A stretch of DNA of 64,000 bases from IMG/VR virus record IMGVR_UViG_3300035520_000529, positions 1 through 64,000 of that record; one strand, written 5' to 3'. Position 1 is the first letter of the stretch. Every line of letters begins with the position of its first letter. The notes beneath the pieces are model-generated. The model ran no database searches. It saw only the letters and a program-made list of their open reading frames with translations, and was not told the DNA's origin. The position numbers were made by a program, and so were the translations under genes. The DNA comes from a virus (taxonomy: Duplodnaviria > Caudoviricetes). Shown one piece after another: positions 17,085 through 27,663 of the stretch.

Positions 17085-18077
17085 ATGGAAAGAATCGAAA
17101 ATAATGTTAGCTTTTACGCTGAACTAATCAAGAACAACCTAGTTCGTAAGACAAACACATCTGGAGTTGAAACCATATATGGCAACCTAATCTGTAGAGC
17201 TAGTGATGGCACAGAACAACCTATTAACGTATATTGTGAGGAAGTTCGCTCAAGATGGGTTAATGGTGTTAAGGAATATACTAATGAGGAAAACAAAGTC
17301 TTTAAAGGCTTATCTACTGTAGCAACCTATCAAGGAAAAGACGTTAATCCCAACGAAACTATTATATTACATTCAAATAGTGCTAATCTAAAGTGTAATG
17401 ATTACGTTAATAACAAGGGTGACTTATCCAACATTTTACAAATAAGTGCAAACTTTATCACATCAAATAAGGCATTATCTAAAAATGAGGATTTGAGTTT
17501 CAAGTTTACAGTAAACGGAATTATCGAAAACATGAAGAAAGAGTTTGACAAGAATGACCAACCTACTGGTAATCTATTAATCGACTTTTTGGTACTAACT
17601 ACTAAAGGTGGTTGGGGTTACAATTCCGTAGCCGAACTCAATAGTTGCTTCCCTATGGAACTATTAGTACCTCAAAATTTAGCCGAAGCGTTCACAAAAG
17701 CTGGATACTACGAGGGTTGTTATGCTACTCTAAGCGGAAATATGGTAAACACAAAGACCGAAACCAAAGAGGTTGAAAAGATGGCTTTTGGCGAAGATAA
17801 TGTAAAAATAGTAACTTCTTACAAGAGAGCCAATGAGGTAACAAGCGGTAAATCTCCAAAGGCATTAAATGAAATTGGTATCACAAAAGCACAGATTGAT
17901 GCTTTAAAAAACAAGCGTGACGTTGCTCTAAAACAGCTTTTAAATGAGGGTTACAAAGGCAGTAAAACTTCTACAGCATCAACAACACAAGCCAATCCTT
18001 TTGGGAATAATTCCACTACAGAAGCAGTTAACCCATTTGGTGGTAGTGAAATGGCGTTTAACCCATTCGTTAGTTAA
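17085..18077 (+). CDS. Putative ssDNA-binding protein (SPbeta replication-module type)
   Basis: Position before AAA_24 gene; beta-rich body; flexible tail with three NPF motifs. Confidence 0.5.
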   Translation: MERIENNVSFYAELIKNNLVRKTNTSGVETIYGNLICRASDGTEQPINVYCEEVRSRWVNGVKEYTNEENKVFKGLSTVATYQGKDVNPNETIILHSNSANLKCNDYVNNKGDLSNILQISANFITSNKALSKNEDLSFKFTVNGIIENMKKEFDKNDQPTGNLLIDFLVLTTKGGWGYNSVAELNSCFPMELLVPQNLAEAFTKAGYYEGCYATLSGNMVNTKTETKEVEKMAFGEDNVKIVTSYKRANEVTSGKSPKALNEIGITKAQIDALKNKRDVALKQLLNEGYKGSKTSTASTTQANPFGNNSTTEAVNPFGGSEMAFNPFVS

Positions 18078-18117
18078 TGAAAAACTTAATTCTAAACTAG
18101 ACTAACTTAGCATAATA

Positions 18118-19158
18118 ATGAAAGGAATTTTAAATATGAATCTAATGAAGAAAGAAAAAAACGTTGTAAGTACGAATATCCTACAGTATGGAATGCTAAT
18201 CTCTGGAGTAACGGGAGTCGGTAAGACTACCGCTCTCCATAAGATTCTAACCAAGAGTTCACCAGATGGAAAAGACCCACTTTTCCTAATGTTTGAGGAC
18301 AGATACCAACACATAGATGGCATCTGGGCAATTAAAATAAACTCTGTGGCTGATTTAGAAGAAGCAATATCACAATTACAGAACCCTAAGGTTAAAGACA
18401 TTTGTTCATGTGTGGTTATCGACACTGTGGATAAATACGAAGAAATGATGGAAGATTTTGTTGAAAAGTCCAAAAATGTAGAGATTCTAAAAGACGTTGG
18501 CGGATATGGTGAGGGTACTCAACGCTTTAGAACTAAACTAAGGTACATACAAAAAATTAGGAACTTAGGTTATCCAGTACATTTTACTGCACAGACTGTA
18601 ATCTCTACAGACCTATCCAACAAAGCCAATCCAACCTTAAAAAACTATACTCTAAAATTGAATAAGAACACACTTGCGTATGTTTCCGAGGGTATATCCA
18701 TGTTAGGATACCTTTTTGCTGAGAATGATGAGAGATTTCTCACATTTGAAAATAGCTACAATAACGAGTGTGCTTTCGGCAAAAATGACGTAATTGCGTA
18801 CTTAAAGAAGTCTTTCAAAGTACCAGTTAAAATATCTGTGGATGACTTTAACAACACTCTAACAGAGTCCATAAAGAGTGATAATAAGTCCACAACAGAC
18901 GTAAATACGTTATCTCCAAAGGTAGAGAGTGTTCCATTTGCCGAATTAAAAGCTAGGGGTTTATTACTAGGCAAAAATCTATTCAATAACCATTTAACCA
19001 ACGAAGTTACAGCAATTTTAGACTGTCAACTAGGTAAAGACGAAAACGGAAACTCTTTCAACTTTAATAACGTTATCGAGTCCCAATATGACGTTGTTAC
19101 TGTGATTGTCAAGCAGATGGAAGAGTTAGCTAAGAAGCATAACATCAAAATAGATTAG
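18118..19158 (+). CDS. AAA_24/Sak4-like ATPase (YorG-like)
   Basis: GVTGVGKTT, VVIDTVD, DVGGYG.G. Confidence 0.8.
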   Translation: MKGILNMNLMKKEKNVVSTNILQYGMLISGVTGVGKTTALHKILTKSSPDGKDPLFLMFEDRYQHIDGIWAIKINSVADLEEAISQLQNPKVKDICSCVVIDTVDKYEEMMEDFVEKSKNVEILKDVGGYGEGTQRFRTKLRYIQKIRNLGYPVHFTAQTVISTDLSNKANPTLKNYTLKLNKNTLAYVSEGISMLGYLFAENDERFLTFENSYNNECAFGKNDVIAYLKKSFKVPVKISVDDFNNTLTESIKSDNKSTTDVNTLSPKVESVPFAELKARGLLLGKNLFNNHLTNEVTAILDCQLGKDENGNSFNFNNVIESQYDVVTVIVKQMEELAKKHNIKID

Positions 19159-19197
19159 TCCCATATAAAGTATAAAAATCATTAGGAGGATTTTTAC

Positions 19198-19434
19198 ATG
19201 AAAAGAATTGCTCAAAATTTAAAGAATTTAAGAATTCATAACGGATTCACACTAACACAAGTTTCCCAAGCAACAGGTATTTCCGAGTCATCGATTTGGA
19301 ATTATGAAAACGGCAAAAGGAGTATTCCTGCCGAAAGAGTAATCGTCCTAGCAAACTACTTCAACGTAGACATTACAAAAATAATGCTTTCGACAATTAC
19401 AAACTTTGATAGCATTGGTGATAATCGTGAGTAG
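19198..19434 (+). CDS. XRE HTH protein
   Basis: LT.VS..TGIS...WNYENGKR. Confidence 0.85.
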   Translation: MKRIAQNLKNLRIHNGFTLTQVSQATGISESSIWNYENGKRSIPAERVIVLANYFNVDITKIMLSTITNFDSIGDNRE

Positions 19435-19915
19435 GCTCTCAACTTGTAAGGAATGTGGTAAAAAAATCACATCCGATGAGAAGAAAGTTCACAACAGTAA
19501 AACTCTTTGTAAAGAATGTTTCAAAAAAATCTCAATAGAGAGTGAACAATACAAAGAATTAATCACAGAACTACATAAAATGGTGTTTGAAGCACAACAA
19601 CAGTTCAACCCTTTAATCTACAAGCAGATTAAAGAGTACAAAGAAAATTATGGGTTTACACACCTAGGAATGCTGTACACTTTAAAGTACATTAAAAACT
19701 TCTTGAATAAACCTATAGACTTTGAAAACTACGGAATTGCGTTGGTTCAATATGAATATATAAACGCTCAAAAGTGGTGGAATCGTCAAATGGAGATTAA
19801 CAATTCCATCAAAAATATGTGTACAAACATCATTACAATTAATACGTTTGATAGAGTTAAGGTAAACGTCCAAACCACAAATTTGGACACCTTACTCCAA
19901 CTTAGGAGCGGTTAA
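19406..19915 (+). CDS. Zinc-finger protein (YorH-like, upstream of helicase)
   Basis: CxxC...CxxC, QIK.Y....G.T..GM..TL.Y. Confidence 0.6.
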   Translation: MIALVIIVSRLSTCKECGKKITSDEKKVHNSKTLCKECFKKISIESEQYKELITELHKMVFEAQQQFNPLIYKQIKEYKENYGFTHLGMLYTLKYIKNFLNKPIDFENYGIALVQYEYINAQKWWNRQMEINNSIKNMCTNIITINTFDRVKVNVQTTNLDTLLQLRSG

Positions 19916-19970
19916 AACCGCTTCTAAGCAAACTAAACCATGTAAAAATTTTATTAAAGGGGAAATTTTT

Positions 19971-21566
19971 TTGGACACTATTGTAAAAGTTCAAGATGTT
20001 AAGGGGCAGATTGATAAGCGTAACATTTACTTGCTGTTTGGTTGTTACTGCAATTCGCCTAGGTGTGTGCTTAACGAGGAGAGTAGCACTAAATTAGAAG
20101 ACTACCCCGAACTATTTCATAGCTTAATTTTTGGTGCAATTACGAACATTGTCAAAAAGGGAAATGTTACTAAAATAACTCCCATGGACATTGAAAATGA
20201 GGTTAGTGCTTTCCCAAACGCTTTAAAAGTTTGGAAAAACAATAACGGCTTTGAGTACGTTCAAAATGCTATTGAAGACAGTAAAAACGTAATTGATAAC
20301 GTAGTGCATTATCGTGATAATGTACGTAAATACAGCATTATTAGACATGCTACCAATGACTTAAAAATGAATCTAGACTTTATTTATGACGAAAACGATG
20401 ATGAGGTTTTATCTAAATTTAATAGCATGACAGCTAATGAAGTTTTAAATATCATCAACAACAAGATTTTAGACTTCAAAGACTGTTGGAGTAATCGCTC
20501 TGCTGATGTCAAAAACTTCGACATAGGAGATGGTTTAGATGAACTCATCACACAGTTTAAAACTAAATCTGGATATGGTTATCCCTTTCAATCTGGTTAC
20601 TTAACTCGTGTTTTTGGTGGACTTGAACCTAGACGTTATTACCTTTTCAGTGGTGGTACTGGTGTCGGTAAATCGAGGTTATCCATGGGTGATGCTTGTG
20701 ATATTTCCACCCTAGGTTACTATGATTGGGCATCTAAAGAGTGGGTTTCTACTGGTGAAGAAATGCCAGTTCTATTTATTTCAATTGAGTTAGAACAAGA
20801 CGAAATGCAACTCTTTGCATTAGCACACGTTTCTGGGGTAAACCCACATAAAATAAAACATTGGAAACTAACTGATGAAGAAGAACATATCGTTATGATT
20901 AGTAAAAAAATCCTAAGCAGAAGTAAATGGCACTGTAAATACATTCCCGAATTTGATATTAGCGACATTGAATTTGTAATTGAAGAACACGTTTCAAAGT
21001 ACCAAGTTTCGTACGTTTTCTTCGACTATATTAATGAGTGCATGAAACTAATGTCAGCTTGTGCAACTAAGATAAAGAACGTATCTTTGAGGGTTGACCA
21101 AGTATTATTCCAATTAAGCCAAACGTTAAAAACGCTTAGCAACCGATTTGAAATACCAATAGTTTCGGGAACTCAGTTGGTAACCGAAGACAAGTCGAAC
21201 TCTCTTAAAATTTGGAATCAAAAAGATGAGAATGATATCAAAGGAAGTCGAGCCATTGCACAAAAATTGGATTGTGGTTGTATAATCGCACGAGCAACCG
21301 ATAAAGAACTGAAAGCCCTAGAACCGATTATAAACAACTTTAAAAACAAAAATTTTATGTTTGAAGAGCCTAATTATGTGTATAACATCTACAAAGGACG
21401 TGGTTCAGATTACAATCGAGTTAGGATTTGGATACATCTAGATTTGGGTTGCTTTCGACTCAAAGACTGTTTTGTAACCGATTGGTATGGAAATCTTTTG
21501 AATGTAGAATCTGTAGACGTAAAGTTTGACGATAGAGAATTACAAAATTTTGTAGAATCTGTGTAA
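19971..21566 (+). CDS. dnaB: Replicative DnaB-like helicase
   Basis: GGTGVGKSR, FISIE, FFDYI, TQL, KGSRAIAQK.D, KGR. Confidence 0.9.
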   Translation: MDTIVKVQDVKGQIDKRNIYLLFGCYCNSPRCVLNEESSTKLEDYPELFHSLIFGAITNIVKKGNVTKITPMDIENEVSAFPNALKVWKNNNGFEYVQNAIEDSKNVIDNVVHYRDNVRKYSIIRHATNDLKMNLDFIYDENDDEVLSKFNSMTANEVLNIINNKILDFKDCWSNRSADVKNFDIGDGLDELITQFKTKSGYGYPFQSGYLTRVFGGLEPRRYYLFSGGTGVGKSRLSMGDACDISTLGYYDWASKEWVSTGEEMPVLFISIELEQDEMQLFALAHVSGVNPHKIKHWKLTDEEEHIVMISKKILSRSKWHCKYIPEFDISDIEFVIEEHVSKYQVSYVFFDYINECMKLMSACATKIKNVSLRVDQVLFQLSQTLKTLSNRFEIPIVSGTQLVTEDKSNSLKIWNQKDENDIKGSRAIAQKLDCGCIIARATDKELKALEPIINNFKNKNFMFEEPNYVYNIYKGRGSDYNRVRIWIHLDLGCFRLKDCFVTDWYGNLLNVESVDVKFDDRELQNFVESV

Positions 21567-21590
21567 AATATCGTTAAGATTTTTTTGTAA

Positions 21591-22637
21591 ATGAGGTGTC
21601 AAATGATGTTAAATTGTAAGGATATTAAAGAACAGCTTACAACCAACGATATTATTAGGATTCTAGAACTTTTAGGCTCTACATCTATCAATGATGAGAA
21701 TGAACAGTATCTAACCTCTGAAACGATTTGCCACCATGGAGACAGTCATAAATTGTATTATTATAAGGATACTAAAAGATTTCAATGCTATACCAATTGT
21801 GGCTGTATGGACATATTTACGTTGATTCAACAGTCTAAAAACGTTGAGTTGCAAGAAGCTATTCGTTGGATTAGTGAGAATGTTAATCTAACAGAAACTC
21901 ACACGCCTACGATGTGTATAACCGATTGGAACTTTATTAAAGGCTATAAAAAATCACATTTTGAGGTAAAAGAGTTTGAATACTACCCTACAAACATTTT
22001 AAACACGTTTCAAAAGGCATACTATAAAGGTTGGCTTGATGAACACATATCCTTAGAAAGCATGAAAAAGTACGATATTATGTACTGTGCTTACAACCAG
22101 CAAATAATAATTCCACACTATGACATTAACTGCGGGCTCATTGGAATTAGAGTTAGAAATTTAAACTATGAATCCAATAGTAGCCCAAAATATGCACCAT
22201 TCTACGATGGTTTAACCATGTACAACCATTCATTAGGTGGTAATCTTTACGGGTTGCACAAGAACAAAAATTGTATAAAAAATAGTATGAAAGTTATGCT
22301 AGTTGAAAGCGAAAAGTCTGTATTGCAATGCGACACCTATTTTGGTGAGAAGAACTTTTCATTGGCTCTCTGTGGAAGTAATTTGACTAAACAACAGATT
22401 AAAATTCTACGTGATTTAGGAGTAAATAAAGTTATTTTAGCATTAGATAAGCAATACAAACACGTTGGTGATGACGAATACGTTAAATGGATTGAACATC
22501 TTAAGCAAATGAAACAGAGTTTGATACCTTATTTTAATGTGAAAATTTTACTAGATTTACATGATGATTTAAACTACAAAGACTCTCCGACTGACAAAGG
22601 AAAAGACACTTTACTAAAAATCTTAAGTCAAAATTAG
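21591..22637 (+). CDS. dnaG: DNA primase (Zn-binding + TOPRIM)
   Basis: CHHG..H.LY..F.CYT.C; VESEKS; LALD; KDSP.DKG. Confidence 0.85.
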   Translation: MRCQMMLNCKDIKEQLTTNDIIRILELLGSTSINDENEQYLTSETICHHGDSHKLYYYKDTKRFQCYTNCGCMDIFTLIQQSKNVELQEAIRWISENVNLTETHTPTMCITDWNFIKGYKKSHFEVKEFEYYPTNILNTFQKAYYKGWLDEHISLESMKKYDIMYCAYNQQIIIPHYDINCGLIGIRVRNLNYESNSSPKYAPFYDGLTMYNHSLGGNLYGLHKNKNCIKNSMKVMLVESEKSVLQCDTYFGEKNFSLALCGSNLTKQQIKILRDLGVNKVILALDKQYKHVGDDEYVKWIEHLKQMKQSLIPYFNVKILLDLHDDLNYKDSPTDKGKDTLLKILSQN

Positions 22638-22653
22638 AAAGGATTGACGTTTT

Positions 22654-23289
22654 ATGGAATATAAAACTAATATAAATTATATTGACTGCAATTGGACAAA
22701 CATCAAAAACAAGTGCAGAACCACTGTCAACAAAGAGTACACTAGCAATTCTCCAACACAAGCCTTTAAGGAGAGTCTGCTAATTAGTGAGCACTCTCCT
22801 ATTAGATTAATCAACGTAGATTGGACATGGAAAGGCATTAAATACTGGGTTTCAACTGAATGGAGTAGACATAAGTTTGAAAAGTTTATCTCTACTCAGC
22901 GTAACGATAGAACACAAAATTCTGTAGATAGAAACGAATCTAGACAAGATACACCCGTCAATTTTGATGGCTATGCAAATGCTCAAAATCTCATAGATAC
23001 GTGTAGAAAACGTTTGTGTTACTGTGCAACCAACGAAGCTAGAACCTTAGCTGAAAGCTTAAAGCTTGAACTAAAAAAGAATGGTTGTGAAGTTGCAGAC
23101 ATTCTAGTGCCAAACTGTGTGTATCGTTGTGGCTGTCCCGAATTTAAAGAGTGCGGTTTTTGGAGTCACTTTACACAAGGCTTAACAGTTGAAACTCTAA
23201 GCAATGTAAAAAATAGGTACAAGGTTTACAATACACAATTCTATGAGAACCATGTAGAAAGTGAATTGGAGGTTGAAAGTGTTGAGTAG
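22654..23289 (+). CDS. thyX: FAD-dependent thymidylate synthase, phage ThyX-like
   Basis: EHSP, WV.TEWSRH, STQR, N...L....RKRLC..A..E.R. Confidence 0.75.
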   Translation: MEYKTNINYIDCNWTNIKNKCRTTVNKEYTSNSPTQAFKESLLISEHSPIRLINVDWTWKGIKYWVSTEWSRHKFEKFISTQRNDRTQNSVDRNESRQDTPVNFDGYANAQNLIDTCRKRLCYCATNEARTLAESLKLELKKNGCEVADILVPNCVYRCGCPEFKECGFWSHFTQGLTVETLSNVKNRYKVYNTQFYENHVESELEVESVE

Positions 23290-25036
23290 TTTAAGATATC
23301 AATTAGGAAAGTTTGAGTACGATGGATTCAATCCAATAGTTAGCATTTTAAAAAATCGTGGCATTGAGGATATTGAAGAGTTCATCAACCCAACTGGAAA
23401 ATATGTTGAGTCAACAAGTAAGTTTAAAAATATGGAATTTGGTAAAGACTTGATAGATTTGGCAGTGAAGAACCATCATAAAATCGCAGTTTTATTTGAC
23501 TGCGATGTTGATGGGTTTACCTCTGGTGCGATTGTATATCAAATGTGTTTGGAGTTAAAATTGGAAACTGAAATCATTTTACATAACGGAAAAGAACATG
23601 GTTTGGACTCCAACACTATGATTGAATTGGAAAAAATCAAACCTAACTTATTAATCATTCCCGATGCAGGTAGTAATGACTCTTCACAAATTGAAAAGCT
23701 TTTAGAAAATAACATGAATGTGTTAATTTTAGACCATCACGAAGTCGAAGAAAATACAAGCCTTAGACGTTGTTACTTTCCAAACAACACTGATTGCTTT
23801 GAGTCTGTAATTATTAACAATCAAGCTGAAAGTGACGTAATCGATAAAGCTATGACGGGTGTTGGTGTGGTTTACAAGTTTATCCAGTATTTACAAGAAA
23901 ACGGATATAGCTTAAACGCTGATGACTTTTTAGACCTAGTTGCAGTCGGAATGGTAGCGGATGTTTGTGACTTAAAGCAATTGCAATCACGATATTACGT
24001 AAATTGTGGCATTGAACAGATTCAAAACCGCACCAATAAGAATAAGTTTATAAAGCTTCTATTTGAAGAAATGTCTAAGGATACAGGCAAACTCAATTAC
24101 ACGAATATAGCTTTCAACTTTGTGCCAATAATGAATAGCCTTATAAGGTTTGGAACGTTAGAAGATAAGCAATGGTTAGCTTTGGCGATTTGCAATAGCG
24201 ACAAAACCATTGTAACTAGCGTGAGAGGTAAAGGTAAAGTTGAAATTACTTGTCAAGAATATGCTTACAAACTTTGTAAATCTTATCACACTAAGCAGAA
24301 AAAACTCGTAACGTCTAGTCGAACTGTTTTCAGTGAGCAAATCAAAAAGTTTAATTTGGATAAAGCTTCAATCCTAATCTGTAATGGTGAAGATATGGAA
24401 GTAAACTCTTTAGGGTTAATGTCTACAAACTTAGCAAATAAGTACAAAAAGCCTACTATCATCATGAGACAAGTTTCTGATGAGTACTATTCGGGTTCAG
24501 CAAGAGGATTTAAGACAAAAGATTTTAAGGAGATTTGCACAAATATTGGTCTATTTGATACTTTGCTCGGACACGCAAACGCTTTTGGAGTAACCATTCG
24601 CAAGGATAATATTTCAAAGCTTTATGACACCATTAATACTTTAAAAATTGAGCCTTTCACTCATGATATAGAACACATATTTATGCCCATTGAACTTAAT
24701 CCAAACATCATTAAATCTATCATACAGTATGACGATTTATGGGGTTGTGGTGTAGATTCTCCAAAGTTCTTAATCGAAAACATTCCTATAGGTGCAGACG
24801 ATTTCAAAATTTTAGGTAATAGTCAAGACACTATATGTTTTACCTACAACGGCATAAAGTACATAAAATTTCAATGTGGCATAGATGAAGTAAACAAGTT
24901 TACAAGATTAGCTTGTGACAATTCTATCACTTTGCTAATAGATGTGATATGCACTTTTAAGAAAAATAAGTTTGGCGGTAGAAGTCAGTACCAAGTAATA
25001 GTTGAAGAAATGGATTTAGACATAGTGCCATTTTAG
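23261..25036 (+). CDS. recJ: RecJ-like DHH ssDNA exonuclease
   Basis: DCDVDG, PDAG, LDHH, GSAR, GHANAFG. Confidence 0.9.
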   Translation: MNWRLKVLSSLRYQLGKFEYDGFNPIVSILKNRGIEDIEEFINPTGKYVESTSKFKNMEFGKDLIDLAVKNHHKIAVLFDCDVDGFTSGAIVYQMCLELKLETEIILHNGKEHGLDSNTMIELEKIKPNLLIIPDAGSNDSSQIEKLLENNMNVLILDHHEVEENTSLRRCYFPNNTDCFESVIINNQAESDVIDKAMTGVGVVYKFIQYLQENGYSLNADDFLDLVAVGMVADVCDLKQLQSRYYVNCGIEQIQNRTNKNKFIKLLFEEMSKDTGKLNYTNIAFNFVPIMNSLIRFGTLEDKQWLALAICNSDKTIVTSVRGKGKVEITCQEYAYKLCKSYHTKQKKLVTSSRTVFSEQIKKFNLDKASILICNGEDMEVNSLGLMSTNLANKYKKPTIIMRQVSDEYYSGSARGFKTKDFKEICTNIGLFDTLLGHANAFGVTIRKDNISKLYDTINTLKIEPFTHDIEHIFMPIELNPNIIKSIIQYDDLWGCGVDSPKFLIENIPIGADDFKILGNSQDTICFTYNGIKYIKFQCGIDEVNKFTRLACDNSITLLIDVICTFKKNKFGGRSQYQVIVEEMDLDIVPF

Positions 25037-25067
25037 ATAAATTTCACAATTAAAGGAAGTGTTTTTT

Positions 25068-27647
25068 ATGAATGATGTAAAACATGAAATAGCAACATAT
25101 AGTGACATCATCTTCTATGATTTTGAGGTATTTCCACACTATTGGTGTGTAGTCTTTAACTTTTATGATTCTAACGAATGCACCATTGTAGACACAAGAG
25201 ATGATTTGTTGGAATTTTACAACAAGTACAAAAACATGGTGTTTGTAGGATATAACTCAAGAAGCTATGATTTGCCCATTTTCCGCTCCATTTTGAGGGG
25301 TGTTGACCCTTACAGCGTTAGTACTGCGATAATCGGAAAACGTGCGAAAATAAGCGTCCTAGACCCTCAAAACGCAAGGATTCAGTATCCCATTAACAAC
25401 TATGATGCCTTTGATAATCAACATAGTTTAAAGCAATTAGAAGCGTTTATGGGTATGGACATTCGTGAAACTGAAGTTGATTTCAACTTGAATAGACCTC
25501 TTACTCCAACCGAGATAGAACAAACTCACTACTATTGCAAACACGATGTTATGGCTTTAAAGAAGTATTTTAAGATTAGAGAAGAACTCTTAGGTAGTTT
25601 TGAATCTCATGCCATGCTAATAAATGAGTATAATCTGCCAAGAGAGTACTTTAACAAAACTGGAGTGCAACTAACATCGATTATATTAGGAGCGGTTCAA
25701 CAACATACCATTCCAGATGAGTTTGACATAGAATTTCCATCTACGCTTAAACTAAATGCACAAAATCGTAAGTTGTTAGAGTTTTATCAAAAACCCGAAA
25801 ACAAATGTTATAGAAAAATCTTTGCTACCGATAAGGACTCCAACAGTAAATGGAAACGTGAACAACAATGCACAATCAATGGAGTACCGCACATTTTAGG
25901 ATATGGTGGTATTCATGGTAGCGTGGATAATTCTATATTTGAGGGTACTATATTCGTATGTGACGTTGCTAGTGAGTATCCTAATTTTATGGATAATTAT
26001 AACGCTTTATCTAGAAAAGTAGTAAATCCTAGAAAGTTTACGGAAATTAAAGAGAAAAGGCTTAAATATAAAGCTGAGGGAAATCCCAAAAATAAAGCTC
26101 TAAAACCTGTCATTAATGGAACTTTTGGAGCTACTAAGGATAAGAACAATCCAATGTATGACCCTATGATTGCCAACAAAATAACTGTTGGCTGTCAAGC
26201 TTTAATGCTCGATTTATTAGAAAAAGTCGAACCTTATAGTGATTTGATTCAATCAAATACAGATGGTATATATTTACAAATACACAGCACTGAAAATTTA
26301 GAAAAGGTTAAAGAAGTTGCTCATGAATGGGAAAAGAGAACTGGTTTTGAACTTGAATATGATGTCTATGATAAAATCGTTCAAGCGAACGTTAACAACT
26401 ATATAATGATTAAACACACAAAAGATGGCAAAACAAAGTACAAAGCCAAAGGTGGATTTTTCAAACCGAAAACACTAATAGACAACGATTTACCAATAGT
26501 TACAGAAGCCATCATTAACTACTTTGTATATGGCACGGCTGTTGAAGAAACTATTGCCAACTGCAATGAGTTAATAAAGTTTCAAAAGGTTATTAAACTT
26601 AGTGATAAATACCATAAAGTTGTGATTGGTAAGGTTAAGAGCATTCAAAATAAAGGTAGCTTTTCACAAGTTATCGAATCTGGTGAGATTTTAAAAGGCA
26701 AGGTTCATAGGGTCTTTGCAAGTACAAACCCAGATGATAATGGCATCTGGAAAATCAAAAAAGACAATGGTTTAGAAATTGCAGAGAAGTTGCCATATAC
26801 TTCTAAGCACGTATTTATCGATAATGGAGAGGTTACATCTAAAACTTGCCCTCCAAACCTTGATAGGCAGTTCTACATAGATTTAGTAAACGATAGAATC
26901 AAACAAATTCTAACCTCTGAAGAACCAACTATCGATGACACACCACAGTTTTTATGGCAATGTATGAAAGATAGTAATGGGAGTTACATAGAGTTTCTAA
27001 AGCTTGTGAGTACTAAAATCAACATAAATACTAAGGCTTTTCAACGCTATATCGTGGCTGATTGCTGTAAATGTTACGGCAATAACAAAAAGCTCCTAGA
27101 CTTCATTCCAATATTTAGTTATATCTATCAAAAGAGGAGCGTGAGCCTTGCAAACCTCAACAAAAAGTTTAGCCCCAAAATAGCCACTACAATAGCCCAA
27201 AATTCAACGCTTAATGTTGGGGGTAAAACTATATACCCTAACCATGAAAAGTGTCTTATTGAGGTTTATAACAGCCTTAGAAACGATTATCTACCTATAA
27301 AAGATATTTTACTAGAACAAGCAAACCTTTTTGGTAGATTAAAGTATACAGATTCCACACTAGATGGCAATGTATGGATAGTACAAAACTACTCTACAAA
27401 CATCAAGCCTACTGTTATACTATACCAGTTATCTACTGGAAAGATTGAATACTTTTTCGTTGAGGAATCTTTCTATAAGCTACTACCAATTGTGGATGGT
27501 GACATCATTAGAATCTTTGAAACCACCATAGAACCTTGCAAAATAGTCTCCCACAAGGACGAAAAAGGCATAAACGTCTTGACAGACAACCCTAAAAAAA
27601 GTAAAATCATTATTAATCGATATGAAATAATTCACAAAATTCTATAA
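25068..27647 (+). CDS. Family B DNA polymerase with 3'-5' exonuclease and an extra C-terminal ~235 aa
   Basis: YDFE, GYNS..YD, YC.HDV; DVASEYP, K..INGTFG, NTDG. Confidence 0.88.
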   Translation: MNDVKHEIATYSDIIFYDFEVFPHYWCVVFNFYDSNECTIVDTRDDLLEFYNKYKNMVFVGYNSRSYDLPIFRSILRGVDPYSVSTAIIGKRAKISVLDPQNARIQYPINNYDAFDNQHSLKQLEAFMGMDIRETEVDFNLNRPLTPTEIEQTHYYCKHDVMALKKYFKIREELLGSFESHAMLINEYNLPREYFNKTGVQLTSIILGAVQQHTIPDEFDIEFPSTLKLNAQNRKLLEFYQKPENKCYRKIFATDKDSNSKWKREQQCTINGVPHILGYGGIHGSVDNSIFEGTIFVCDVASEYPNFMDNYNALSRKVVNPRKFTEIKEKRLKYKAEGNPKNKALKPVINGTFGATKDKNNPMYDPMIANKITVGCQALMLDLLEKVEPYSDLIQSNTDGIYLQIHSTENLEKVKEVAHEWEKRTGFELEYDVYDKIVQANVNNYIMIKHTKDGKTKYKAKGGFFKPKTLIDNDLPIVTEAIINYFVYGTAVEETIANCNELIKFQKVIKLSDKYHKVVIGKVKSIQNKGSFSQVIESGEILKGKVHRVFASTNPDDNGIWKIKKDNGLEIAEKLPYTSKHVFIDNGEVTSKTCPPNLDRQFYIDLVNDRIKQILTSEEPTIDDTPQFLWQCMKDSNGSYIEFLKLVSTKININTKAFQRYIVADCCKCYGNNKKLLDFIPIFSYIYQKRSVSLANLNKKFSPKIATTIAQNSTLNVGGKTIYPNHEKCLIEVYNSLRNDYLPIKDILLEQANLFGRLKYTDSTLDGNVWIVQNYSTNIKPTVILYQLSTGKIEYFFVEESFYKLLPIVDGDIIRIFETTIEPCKIVSHKDEKGINVLTDNPKKSKIIINRYEIIHKIL

Positions 27648-27663
27648 TTTAGGAGGCTATATT

